Source: Lama glama | Lineage: Eukaryota | Reading direction: 5' to 3' | Length of the DNA stretch: 64,000 nucleotides | NCBI GenBank assembly: GCA_028534125.1 | Contig: CM052818.1 | Span: 33,544,001 to 33,608,000, forward strand | Part shown: in pieces, positions 14,055 through 26,016 of the stretch | Layout of the letters: each line of letters opens with the position of its first letter | Position numbering within the stretch: position 1 is the first letter of the stretch | Translations under genes and position numbers: made by a program | The notes under the pieces: generated by a model | Databases searched by the model: none | The model's input: only the letters and a program-made list of their open reading frames with translations | Told to the model about the DNA's origin: nothing

Positions 14055-14780
14055 TGACAAAACACAATGAGATACATTTCATACCTACTAGGATGGTTAT
14101 AATCAAAAACAGATGATAGCAACTATTGACTAGGATATGGAGAAACTGGAACCCTCAAACATTGCTGATAAGAACATAAGGTGGTGTAGCCACTTTGGCA
14201 GACACTCTGGAAGTGCTTCAAAAAGTTCAATTTAGAGTTAACAATATGACTCAGCAATTCTACTTCCAGGTATACAGCCAAGAGAAGTAAAAACATGTTG
14301 CACAAAAACTTACACACAAATGTTCACAGAGTGTTATTCGTAATAGCCCCGAATTGGAAACAACCCAAATTTTCATCATCAGATGAATGGATAAACAAAT
14401 CATGGTATTTACACAATAGAATATTATTCAGCCATAAAAAGGAATCCTGATACATGCTATGGCATGGACAAACATCCAAAACATTACTAAGTGAAAGAAG
14501 TCGGACATAAAATGCCACATACTGTATGCTTCCATTTATATGAAATATCCAGAGTAGGTAAATCTATCGCAGCAGAAAGTGGACTGACAGTTGCTAGAGG
14601 CTGGGGAGAAGGGGCAGTGACTGCTAATGGGTACAGGGTTCCTCTTTGGGGTGATGAAAATGTCCTAGAATTAGATAGCGGTGATGGTTGCACAAGCTTG
14701 TGGATATACTAAAAACCACTCAATTGTGCAGTTTTTTAAGGGTGAATTTTATAGTAGATGTATTATATCTCAATTTAGAA
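14055..14780 (+). mobile_element. L1 (L1MB-like) 3' portion: degraded ORF2 C-terminus plus 3' UTR
   Basis: acaatgagatac.., ggatatggagaaactggaaccctc, gatgaatggataaacaaa, gggtacagggttcctctttggggtgatgaaaatgt, tatatctcaat. Confidence 0.85.
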
Positions 14781-17129
14781 AACAAAGAACAACCAAAAAC
14801 AACAGAAAGATCCATACTGAATCTACTGAATGGGCACTCAGAATCCACCCCCTGCCCCGTGGAACAGCCGTGACACAGAAAACAAGGGTAGTTACTTTCT
14901 GGGTGTAGAATCTCCCGCAGCTCTTGTATGCTGTCTTTATCCTCTCATCCAGCACTCTCATTATTAAAATTCTTGCCTGTTCTGCACACAGCTGTTTGGC
15001 CTCTTCATAAGTCTAATAGAGAGGAGCTAACCCACTCGGTGAGGTGAGGAACTCCCAGGGAGACATTTTCTTCTGAACAAATAGGCTCCTTCACTTTCCT
15101 GCCAGGAGGTATAACTTGCTCTCAGGCAGTGTGTAACCTTCTCGCTTTTCTCCTCCTTGTCATCCCCTACGATGTACACCTTAACAAAAAATCATGCTGT
15201 GCAACCTAAATATATCCAATTTTCATCTGTCAATCATACTTCATTAGAGCTTGGGGGGAAATGAGTAAATCAGGGATGGCGTGGTTGGTAGAGAACTCTT
15301 GAGTTAGTTGGCACGCCATCCACCGGGGACAGTGTGCCCTAGAGGGAGCCGTCGCCCACTCTGCACCCGTGCCTCTGCAGACTGCCATACCCGGCTTTGC
15401 CTCAGTGTTAATAGCTGGATGTATTGCTTCTATTTTTACATCCGTTTTTCCCATTGCACGAGACTGAGATGGTGGCAGTAGCTGCAGATGTCCCCAGCTC
15501 AGTTTGGAAGACATGACAGTTGTGTCTCTTTTCCCATCTCTATATGTTATCTCAGCCTCAGAATGATGTGGTGCTCAAGTCCTCACCCAAGTCCTTCCAA
15601 CCTGAAGGTTAGAGGCTTCTTGTGTTCATGATGGCACTGAATATTCACTCCATAGTCAGAGTTACACACATATAACCATGGTGATATTTTAGGATTATTG
15701 TGATAGTAACATAAAATACTGTAACATTAATGATCCGTGGTCTGTAAGCTCTAAAATTCTTGATTTATTAGTTGCTTTTCTACATAGAAATGGTTAAGTC
15801 CCAGAATCTGCACTGATACTCTTAATTTCAAGAATTTCGCCCATAGACTCAATCTGCTGTCTCAAGAATCACTTGCTTTGTAATAAATCATCATAATTCA
15901 GGGTATATCAGTAAGCTGAGAGTAGTCAAAAGCCAGAGGTATGGGTCATTCATCTGCCCTGTTGTTTATTCCTCTTTCTCCCTGTCCATTACACTCCAGT
16001 CCTGCAGTATTCCCAGTTGTTGGTGAGGCACCAAGCAGCATCAGCCCAGCTGCATGGGTGCCCCCAAGGGACAACCCAGGGCTTGAGAATCAGCTCCAAA
16101 CTAGAGATTGCACCAGTAGGAAGTGGAATTGCTTCTGTTAGAGTTTGCATAGAAGCACTCATGAGGGCGGGGCGATTGCTGGGGCCGGTGGGTTGCCCAC
16201 AGTTTTCCAAGGTAAACTCTCCGTGGTATATGCCCCCCTCCCTGGGGTCTGGCCTTCAGCCATCCAGGCTGCTCTCAAGGAGAGGCTCCCATTAATCCAA
16301 TTCTGAGGTACCATCCAGAATGACAGTTCAGTCTTTGAAAATCCAACATCTGAAGGTCCATTGTTTCTATCTTGGTGTGACCGCCCCCCACCCAACCCCA
16401 CGCCATCTTCTCCTCCTCAGTCCCCTGGCCAGTGGAAAGCCAAACTACTTTTGTCAGATGTAATTAGAATCATTGACTTTAGGTGCTCTCAAGAAGTTGT
16501 TTCTCAAGTCCAGCAAACTGAGGTCCTGTTTCCTGCTTAGCCCTCATCTTGCCAACAGGATCAAGTACTCACCAGCTCTCACGTGGCTCTGCCAATGGTA
16601 GTCTCTGTGACACACCTTAAACTGTATTTCTCAGGCAAACCACTCTTTCTTTCTCCTACCTCCTTCTTTCTAATCAGCACATACATTCTTTGCATTTGTT
16701 AAGAATTGGTAGCATTTCTGAGGGGGTTTTAGAGCTCAGAAGCCATTTAGTCCTTGAATAGAGACTTTGCACATTTCTGTCCAGAAACTTCTGTTATAGC
16801 CAAGATGTTTGAATGCCCCTCACTGTTCATTGCCTATACTTGAGAAAGGGTTGGGCCATGAAATACTTGGGTAAAGAATGAGAGTATCTTGGGTGCTGAA
16901 GAGACAACTATAAAATAATAAGGCTGACTTTAACTGTCATACCAATTTATTACCCAAGAAGTGACTATATTTCCTTCAGATTTTTGACCTTAGGAGAATT
17001 AAGTAATTTTGATACTGATAATACTCAAAGCACCTTGGGAAATCCTCTTTTAGAATTGCTTTGAGAGCCTTCATCACCTTTACCCACACCTAATCAACTC
17101 TATTGGTTTTTTTCTCTTTCTACTCCTGA

Positions 17130-17900
17130 AATTAATACATGTTTAGTCTTCAAGAGGAGAAAAGATCAGAGAACATAAAAAAGTATAAAAAAGAAAGTCA
17201 GATATCCATGATCCTACCATTTAGATGTAACCATTGTTAACATTTTAGTATAAACCCTTCCAGATTTTTCTATGCATATTTTGAATATCTGCACTTTTGA
17301 ATATCTGTTAACAGCACACTTGAATTTTGCAACAGCAGAGGATTAATATGTCTAATTGTGGGAAGGCTCTGCAACTCAAAAAAATCAAACATTTCTTTAG
17401 AATAATGTAAATAGGCAATTCACTGAAGAAAAAATTTAAAAAAATAAAGAAATGAGACAATGTTCAACCTCATAAGAAATCAGGAATATGCAACTCAAAA
17501 TAACAGTGAGATCTCTTTCACTGCCCATCAGGTCAGTGAAAAATGAAGATTGGTAATGTCACAGGCTACATAAATTAGAAAACACATACTGTCATACAAT
17601 CCTGGTGGGAATACAAATTCATAGAATGTTTTTGGAGGGCAGTTTGACAGTACCAATTTTTAAAATAGGTTTTCCCTTTGAGCTAGTATATCTCCTTCTA
17701 AGATTCTATCCTACGGAAGTATTCACATATATAAATATTTGTACAAGAATGTTTATTTCAGCTGTTTGTAATAACCAAAAAAACCTGATCTAACAGGTCT
17801 ACATAATCATCAGTAGGAGAAAGCCAAATGATAATAGTATGGTGCCAGTGATTTAAAACTAACTCTAGCTATCTGTAAGTAAAAGCATAATTTAAAATAT
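17130..17900. mobile_element. Mosaic of old L1ME-like fragments
   Basis: Antisense 3' piece (taaccattgttaacatttt) followed by a sense ORF2-end remnant (ggcaattcactgaagaa.., atgttcaacctca.., ttttggagggcagtttgacagta). Confidence 0.55.
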
Positions 17901-18778
17901 GAAAAGAAAAAAAACCCCACCAAACTGTTTCCCATCACTCACGGGAAGGGGACTAGGCTGGGGGATAGTATTGTTTGCGTTTCTCCATAAGCCTGTATTT
18001 TTCAAGTATTACTTTGAAATTTGGAGTAAATATGACTTTGGGACATAGCAAAAAACTATTTGGAGCCACATCTAGCAAATAAGATAGATGATACCATTTC
18101 TCAAAGGGCAAACAGGGCATTATTCTCACAAAGGAGCCAGATAGGCCACAAATCACTCTTGGTCTCATAAAGAACCTCTCAAGTATTCCCAAATCTCTAT
18201 ATAAGGAGGCTGAGGAGCCCTTTGACTTAGGATGACCTCTAAATGGATAGAGTCCCAATGCCAAAGAAACTGATCCACATGACCTTCAGATCCACAGCAC
18301 TTGAGCCTCCTTAAATCTGGATATTTCTCTACACATATGACACTTTTTTCCTTAATCTTTCTAAAGAAACAATTTCCCTCAAAAACATGTTATTTTATAC
18401 AGTTTCCTTTGGAAATATCAGAATAAATGTCAAAGCTGCACTGTTTCTGTTTGTCACTCAAATGCACGGCAGATCTTCAGAGATACTTCACTCATGTTCA
18501 AGTTTCCTTTCTGAATGAATCTGCTTATATATCTCAGCTTAACTCTTTAGTCATCATTCTCACAGTTAATAATAGAATGAATGATCAGACTTTGGCTTTC
18601 CCATGTTTCTTGATCTTTGGTTAATGGATGACCTGGAGGAATTGTAAAAGGGGGCAGGCCATAGGTGATGCCTCTTGTTGAGCACATGAATAGTTCATGT
18701 ACTTCATTGTTCACCTGCCTCCTATTTGAAGCTTCCTGAATGGAAGGGCTCGTGACAGATGGAGCATATGCAACACAA

Positions 18779-19168
18779 TCTTTTGGACTGAATTGTGCTC
18801 CCTTCAAATTTATATGTTGGAGCCCTAACCCTCAAGGTGACTGTATTTGAAGATAGGCCCTATATGGAAGTAATCAAGATTAAATGACATTGTAAGGGTG
18901 GGGCTCTGCTCCTACAGGATTAGTGTTCTTATAAGAAGAGACACCAGACAGCTCTCTCTCTCTCTGCACATTCAAAGAGGAGGCCACGTAAGCACACAGC
19001 AAGGTGGTGGCCTCCTGCGAGCCAGGAGAAGAGGCATCAGAATGAAACCTATCTCACCAGCACCTTAATCTTGGACATCTAGCCTCCAGAACTAGAGGAA
19101 TACATTCTGTTGTTTAAGCCACCTAGTCTGTGGTGTTTTGTTATGGAAGACCAAGTAGACCACCACAC
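18779..19168 (+). mobile_element. MLT1A/B-like MaLR solo LTR
   Basis: ggactgaattgtgctccc..tatatgttggagccctaaccc..cttataagaagagac..atcttggacatctagcctccagaact..tgttgtttaagccacctagtctgtggt. Confidence 0.85.
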
Positions 19169-19569
19169 ACAAGAAAGCAAAAGAGCGTGCTGCAGAAGCG
19201 ACCTAAAGTGAATGCTGACAAGTCAGCTGTTCTGTGAGGAGAAAATAAGCTGAAGCAAACTAACAGGATCAGCCTGAATCACCTTTTCTGGTGAAAATTC
19301 TCAAAGGTTTTGCATATGGTTCAGCTGTAACCATCAATCCCAGTGGCTAAGGGCCGATGTGAGAGCAGAGCTGTCCTGGGTCCTAATCCTGACTGAGCAG
19401 TAACTAGCAGGCAGCTTTGCACAAATGACTCCTTATGTTTGGGGCTCAGGTTGTACATCCAAACATGACATGTCTGGAATGGGGGATCTCTGAGGCATCT
19501 TTGACCTATGAGATTCCCTGATTCTTACAGATTCTTGGGGACGTGAGAATCCTTTGGCTAATAAAGAAA

Positions 19570-19800
19570 AGCAGGACACTGCTCTAAGCCAGGCATTGTG
19601 CTGGACTCTATGCAATTTTCTCACGTGCTTAGAACAACCCTGCTAGATGAGTTAATGCCCACTTTAGAGAGGAGGAAATTATACTCCCAAAGGTAAACAA
19701 CCTGCCCAGAGTCTTACAACTGGTAAGTTGGAAGAGCCAAGAAATTGGTTCTAGGTCTGTCTTTCTGTCTGCTTGACTCTAACATCCATGTTCTCTCTAC
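19570..19800 (-). mobile_element. MIR
   Basis: gccaggcattgtgct...cccactttagagaggaggaaatt...acctgcccagagtc. Confidence 0.65.
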
Positions 19801-21779
19801 TGCACCCTCTTGGTCTGGTGGCAGTCTGCCTAGTGTCCAGCCTCTCCTGTTTGGCATTCTAGCACTGACTCTCCTTGTCACTTCTTATGATATAGACTTC
19901 TGTAAATTGTTCCATTTCTCTAGATCTTCAGAAGCTTCCAGATCTTCCAAAACCACTGCCTGCTTTGTGCAGTACAGTGCTGCCTCACCTAAATGCAATA
20001 ACCCATGTATAGCCCTTAGAACAGCACCTGGCACATGAAAGCACTCACTACATCTTGGCACTCACTAGTAGGTCCCTCTGTGTCTAGATGTTCACTTTAC
20101 CTGGATCTTTTGGGGTACCAGGTAGCACAGACGAGGAGCTTGCATCACTCACCATTACACAGGGTGGGTATGACCTTCACTCTGTACATTACTGGACAGA
20201 AAACCAAGTCCCACTGTCATTCAACTCCAGCATCTTCCTATACAGGGCAAGGAGCTGGATGGTAGGTGGTGTGGCAGGATGGTGCCATTCCAGATATCAA
20301 AGGTTCAGTCACAGATCACATTCATTCATTCTTGTGACTGAATGATCAAACCTGGAAGAGAGATACACCACTCCTAGAGACTGTAACCAAAACATCTTTT
20401 CATTAAACTTCTTTATATAAGGGCCTGAATTGCTAACTAGAGAGGCTATGGGAAATGTAATTCTTCTTTTTCAATTTTCCCAAACTATTTCTCCAGTTTC
20501 AGGAATGAAAAAACACTTCTCCTTCCCTACCTAGCAAACTCCTACCCATCCTCAAGGTCCAGCACAGAGTTATTTGGGGGCAACCCCAAGGTTTAATACA
20601 GTGCTTGGCATATAATAAAAGGCCCTCCTGAAATAACAAGAGTTCTAGTTCCTTCTGGGAAAGTAACCAGTGTGTGTAAGAGTCACTTAGCCTCCCTAAG
20701 CCCCAGGGTTCTCAGGGCACTAGAAGATCTATAAGATTCCTTATATTCCTTCAATTCTATATTGAATATGCCAAGGGAAAGAATAAATCTCATATACAAA
20801 TGCTATTTTTTAATGATTTGTAAACAAAATAATTACCCAGTTCCATATTTTAAAATATATCCTTAGGTTGTTTTACCTGCAGTCATAGAAAGGCCAGGTC
20901 CCCCCAAAAAAGTTACAGAGGGTAAATGACATCTCTGAAATTGGCATCCTAGAATAAAGAAAACTCATATCCAAAGGAGGCTCTGAAACAGCCATCTTAA
21001 CCTTAGGAATGATACCAGTAACTGGGCATGATGTCTGTGCAAACTCTGCTGACTCTGACTGCCAGAAAAGGTGAAGATGACAAAAAGAAGTTCACTGACT
21101 ATTTAAAAAAAAAAAGGGGGGACAGAGGACAAAGTAATTGCTAAAGAGACTGATCGACAGGCACAAGACATCTGTCATGCCAGGGGGCCATATTAACTCT
21201 ATCACATTACTTCCACATTAGCAGATCACCTCATTTACTAGCTAATCAGGCAGAATTAAATATTTTAAATTATCTTTCCTAATCCTGCATGTGATCAGTT
21301 GAAAACCCAGGGCTCTAAAAATCTAATTGTAACTGCTTACCAGAAATGTCATCTTCACTTTGAGGAATTGAACCAGGGCCAGATACAAGGCTGTTTTTTC
21401 CCTTTTCCTAAAGTACTGTCCCACAGCCAGGACAGGACTTTCATGTACACATCCCTGGTGCCTGACATCTGAGGGGTTCCCCAGGGGACCTGGGAACCCT
21501 GCCTCTGCTTCAGAACTCATAATGGCCAGAGACTAAAAGAAGAGCAGTGGTAGTGGAGAAGAGGGGCTTGGAGGTGGAGGTAGGATGTAGAGGGTTAAAA
21601 AAGAAAAACTGTTAAAACCTAGCAAAAGTCAAGAGAGCAGAATCTAAATCTAGATTTAGAGTGCTCTGTGGGCCTAGAAGGTACCTAATTGAATGGACAG
21701 GAAATAGTCCCTCTCCCAGCAAGAAGGGATGGTATGGGGTTGTGGGAGATTAATTACCCATCGACAATTAAGACTTCTT

Positions 21780-21919
21780 GTGAGGAGGGTATAGCTCAGC
21801 GGTACAGTGCCTGCTTAGCATGCACTAGGTCCTGGGTTTGATTCCCAGTACCTCCACTAAGAAATTAATTAATTAATTAAACCTCATTACCTCCCCTCCC
21901 AAAACAAGCAAACAAAAAA
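21780..21919 (+). mobile_element. tRNA-derived camelid-type (Vic-like) SINE
   Basis: A box TAGCTCAGCGG, B box GGTTTGATTCC, A-rich tail. TSD AAGACTT(C/T)TT at 21770-21779 and 21920-21929. Confidence 0.88.
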
Positions 21920-24900
21920 AAGACTTTTTAGCTTCTGACGCCTAAGCTCTACTTTCCCCTGCTCCTTAAGTGTCCCAGACATCAGTGTGATAGCAGGGCA
22001 GTGAGCGAGTAGTCTGCTTCTTGCTCATCTTCCTAGGATGCTGCAATAATGTTCTCAGCAGCGAAGCTGCCAGGACTGTGCTGTAGGTCTCCTAAGTGGT
22101 TTCCATTGTGTGAAGGTGTTTCTTGGGTAGGCCTGGAATTATAAGGAGGCGAAAAAAACCATTTGGAGCCAAACTGTAGAGCCCAGTGAGTTGGAGCCAT
22201 GCCCGTTGCCCTCAGTGCCCATTACTGTTGATAAGAGGTAGACATGGAAATGAGAAAACAGCTGGGTGATTCATAGCTTGCTGAACATCTGTCTGCCTTT
22301 TGTGTGAAAGTTTGTGTGTGTCTGGTTAGCAGTGTGCAGACTTTGTGTATTTTCAGTGTTGATGATGTGTGCTTCAGGTGAATAATCTCTGTTTGTGTGT
22401 GCATGGGCGGGTGAGTAAAACTGTACTACAGTGGGACAGAGTTTAAAGGGGTAACTAGTCACTCTCACTTTCCTCCTCTTACTTCCATTCCTTTTAGTGA
22501 TTCTTAAGAATTCAGAGGACGTAACGGTAGTTCATTTCCTTTTTTAAAAAATGGGGGAGGGGCACTAAGTAAGATGCTTATTATTTCTCAGTCAAAATAA
22601 ATAAATCATTCTACCAGTCTCAGTGGTTCCTCAGCATTTTATTTTTTTTTTGAGCCCTGACTCACCAAAGAGCTTAGACCTACTCCCATTAGAAACAGTT
22701 CATATCATCAGTGATTCTCTGCCTGTGTCTTTGCAAAAAATAAAATGAGATGAAATGCTCTGGTGATCCCTGTGTACCTTCTATTGGGCGTGCCTGGCTG
22801 CCTGACACCCCTATTTGGTGGGGATCACTGGTCTATGCAACAGAGAAACATTTGGAGCAGAAACTTATCCTTCATTTAAGTAAATAACATTTGAAGAAAA
22901 CTCTTTTGCAACATAATGCTAGTTCAGATAGCTCGCCCTACCACCTGTGCCCTAGACACTCGCTTACTCCTGATAGAAACACAGCCTTCAGGAGACTACA
23001 CACTCTCCCCCTGACAAAGTGACAAAGCAGCCAGTATGTGCTGAATTTGGGTTGTGTAGACAAAAATACCAGGTATTCCAGCCAAGGCGCTCAGAGTTTG
23101 CTGTGAATCATCCACACCAGCTTTCAGCAGTTAGATTTGCAGAACAATTGCTCAGTTCCTTCCTTCGTTTTCACAGTGTAGACCTGGCCCAAGACCCAAG
23201 AGTGAAGCAGCAACTGTAAGGAAACAGAAACTTAAATAACTCAGAGAACCCTTTTATAACAGCAACTGCCTGCTGACTTTGTGGCCTAACAGCTCAAGCA
23301 AGAAAGGATATAAATACAGTATTGTGCAATGACTAATTACTCAAAATGTTGTGCATCAGCAGAAGTGGAACCTGTGGTTGGTGCTAATATTATCAAATGC
23401 CTTGGCTGTTTAATAATCCTGTAGCTCTGTATTATTTAGCATGCAGTTTTCGTGGAGAACAATGATTTTATTTCAAGTACCTCTCACTGAAAAAAAAAGC
23501 AGCTGTTAGAAGACGAACATTTGGCAGAAAATGTTTTAGCGGAATCTTCTGTGTGATACTAAATCATATTGGATTAACTGTTTTCTGTCTAGAATAGTGG
23601 AGTCAAAAATTAAAAAGATCACTGACCACAGAAGGCAAGGCCAGTCTTTAGAATCCAGTGAATCACTAACAGACATTTTAGTTTTAAGTGCCATTTATTC
23701 ACCAATATATCAAGTTATTTATATACAAAGCTTCCATTAATAGTGCCTGAAGAATGGGCCTTTTTTATTCCAATTGCAGTTCATACTCAAGATTCTACTT
23801 CTCTTTCATTAATAATGGAATTCTTTAAATTATAGAATAAATTAATACCCCACAGACATTTTGGCCAGAATGGGGTTTTTTTAACCAGTTTTGAGTCTCC
23901 ACAGGCCATTGTGTGTGGCTGGCCAGACAGAAGAGCAGTGAGGGCTGTGCCAGAGAGTGGCCCTGCCGAGCACGCGCCAGCCCTGCCCCTGCAGAGGCAC
24001 CGGGGCAGCCCCGGGCTCCTGGGCTCATGGCCCACCCACTCCCAGGTTGACAACAGACCCTCACAGGTTTTTCAGACCCCAGCCACTGGAGAGGAAGTGA
24101 CATCATGACGTGGCTGCTGGGCATTGCCATATTCAGCCAAAGAGCATTATGATCCAGCTACTTTCATGTGGCCATGTTGATTCAGGAACATTTTCACTTG
24201 AAATTATTATTACCTCAACACAATTCTCCACTTTTCTAAACTAACAAGCAAAGTACAAAGCATAGAGTTTCACCCTATCCCCAGTTTCCATTCCTGGGGT
24301 GGAGTGGGTGATGGGAAAAGATTAAAAATGGAGGGGTTTCAGAGATGGCTAAGGATTGCTTACAGGATAGCGCTAGCTCAAAACAGCTTCATCAGAGTGC
24401 TCATTTCAGTACTGGTGTGACTGGCCAGCCCAGAACCCATCAACAACCAGAAGCTGAGAGTGGACTCTGAGACACTGAGTTGGGCCCCATATGGAGCCAG
24501 CAGACGACCTGTCAATACAGACCATTAGCTTTCTTGGACCAGGAACATGTCACCAATAACGAAGCCAGATCAGTTCATGGCGCTGACCTCAGAGGTAGAA
24601 CACCACAACCATGTACATCCAAGGGGGAAGGCTGGGACAGGCGAAACACGTGGCAACAGGCTGGCAAGTTCTTTCGCCTTTGACTCAACTTTAGATCAAA
24701 TCCAAGTTGATGCAGTTATTATGATCATCGTACTCTTACAAACTGTCACTAAATACTAGTAGGGTACCAATCAATGCAGAATCTGGCAGTTGTGGGCTGA
24801 AGGTTGGTAGAGTTTTTCTTGTTCTCTAGTAGTTGAATTTTAATCAATATGTTGAAAATTGAAAGACCAGACTCATTTTTTAATACCACCTACAATCTTT

Positions 24901-25830
24901 TGGGGCAGTGAAATGCTGCCTTGCACGTATATTACCTCACCTGACTTTGATTTTGCACTCAACCTCCCATTGATCCCTGTCTGTTTTCATCCATCTAAAT
25001 GAAAGAAGGCTTTTGCCCCATAAACCTCATTCCAGAAGGAAATGCATAATTCAAGAAAAATACTGATGTCAAAGAAGAGAAGGCACACCAATTTGTGTCA
25101 GCAGTTGTTATAAATTAAAGAGGAGTACAAGGAGAATTTAATATAATGTAGAGTTGGAAATAAAATTAGAACCAATATTTAGGCAGTCCTCCACTCCTTT
25201 TTTCCCCACTGTGACATGAAGGATTGACTCCCAGCTTAAGTACCTAATGTAGTTCATTTTTCTTTTCTGCTACGATTTTTCCCCTATAAAATGTTGCATG
25301 TTTATCTTTGGCATCCAAAATTAGACCTTTTCACTTTTTCCATTCTAATCGCAACAGAAAAGGTAGCATAGGAAGAGTCAAAGTTTTCCCTTCGTCTTCT
25401 AACCCATCATGTTTGCAGCATAGAAAGGACCCCACTCTACCAGCCTGACTAGTTCAACTGCCGTAAATAACTATTAATTCTTCCTTAATATTGATTCTCT
25501 CTAATGTGGGTGTCGCCTCCATGGATTCTTTTGTTTTTCTAAAGCTGGAAGATAAAAGGTTGATAATGAACATCTCAGACATGTATGACCGTGCTACTGA
25601 ACATGAGAAGAATTCTTTAGCAAGCATCCAAAAGGAGTAGTCCCATCAAACTGCCATTATTCAGAACCTTTTTGGAGCGCTTTATTAAAATTTCCCTCAG
25701 AGCCAGTGATGTTCCTTATAGTCACCCATTGTGTTTGGCCAGTGGTGGAATTCCCTAACTTGATCTCCCATCTTAATCACTGGACTTGGTTGTAAATGAT
25801 TCACTCTTTCCAGAAATTAATTCCTTAGGA

Positions 25831-26016
25831 TAGTGGTTCTTAAAGGTACAGCCCTGGACCAGTAATACCAGCAACACCAGGGAGCTGATTAGAAACACAA
25901 ATCCTGGATCCCACCCCAGATTTAATGGATCAGAAACTTTGGGGGTGGAGCCCAGCAATCTGCTTTTTAACAAGCCCCAAGCAATTCTGATGCACACTCT
26001 AGTTTGAGAACCACTG
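25831..26016 (+). mobile_element. MER5A hAT-Charlie MITE, full length
   Basis: TIRs tagtggttct / agaaccactg, degenerate 8-bp TSD ccttagga / acttagaa. Confidence 0.88.

Noticed and set aside
21780..21856. tRNA-like sequence with A and B boxes (also 5690-5760)
   Set aside because: Followed by SINE body, A-rich tail and TSD, so a tRNA-derived SINE and not a tRNA gene.
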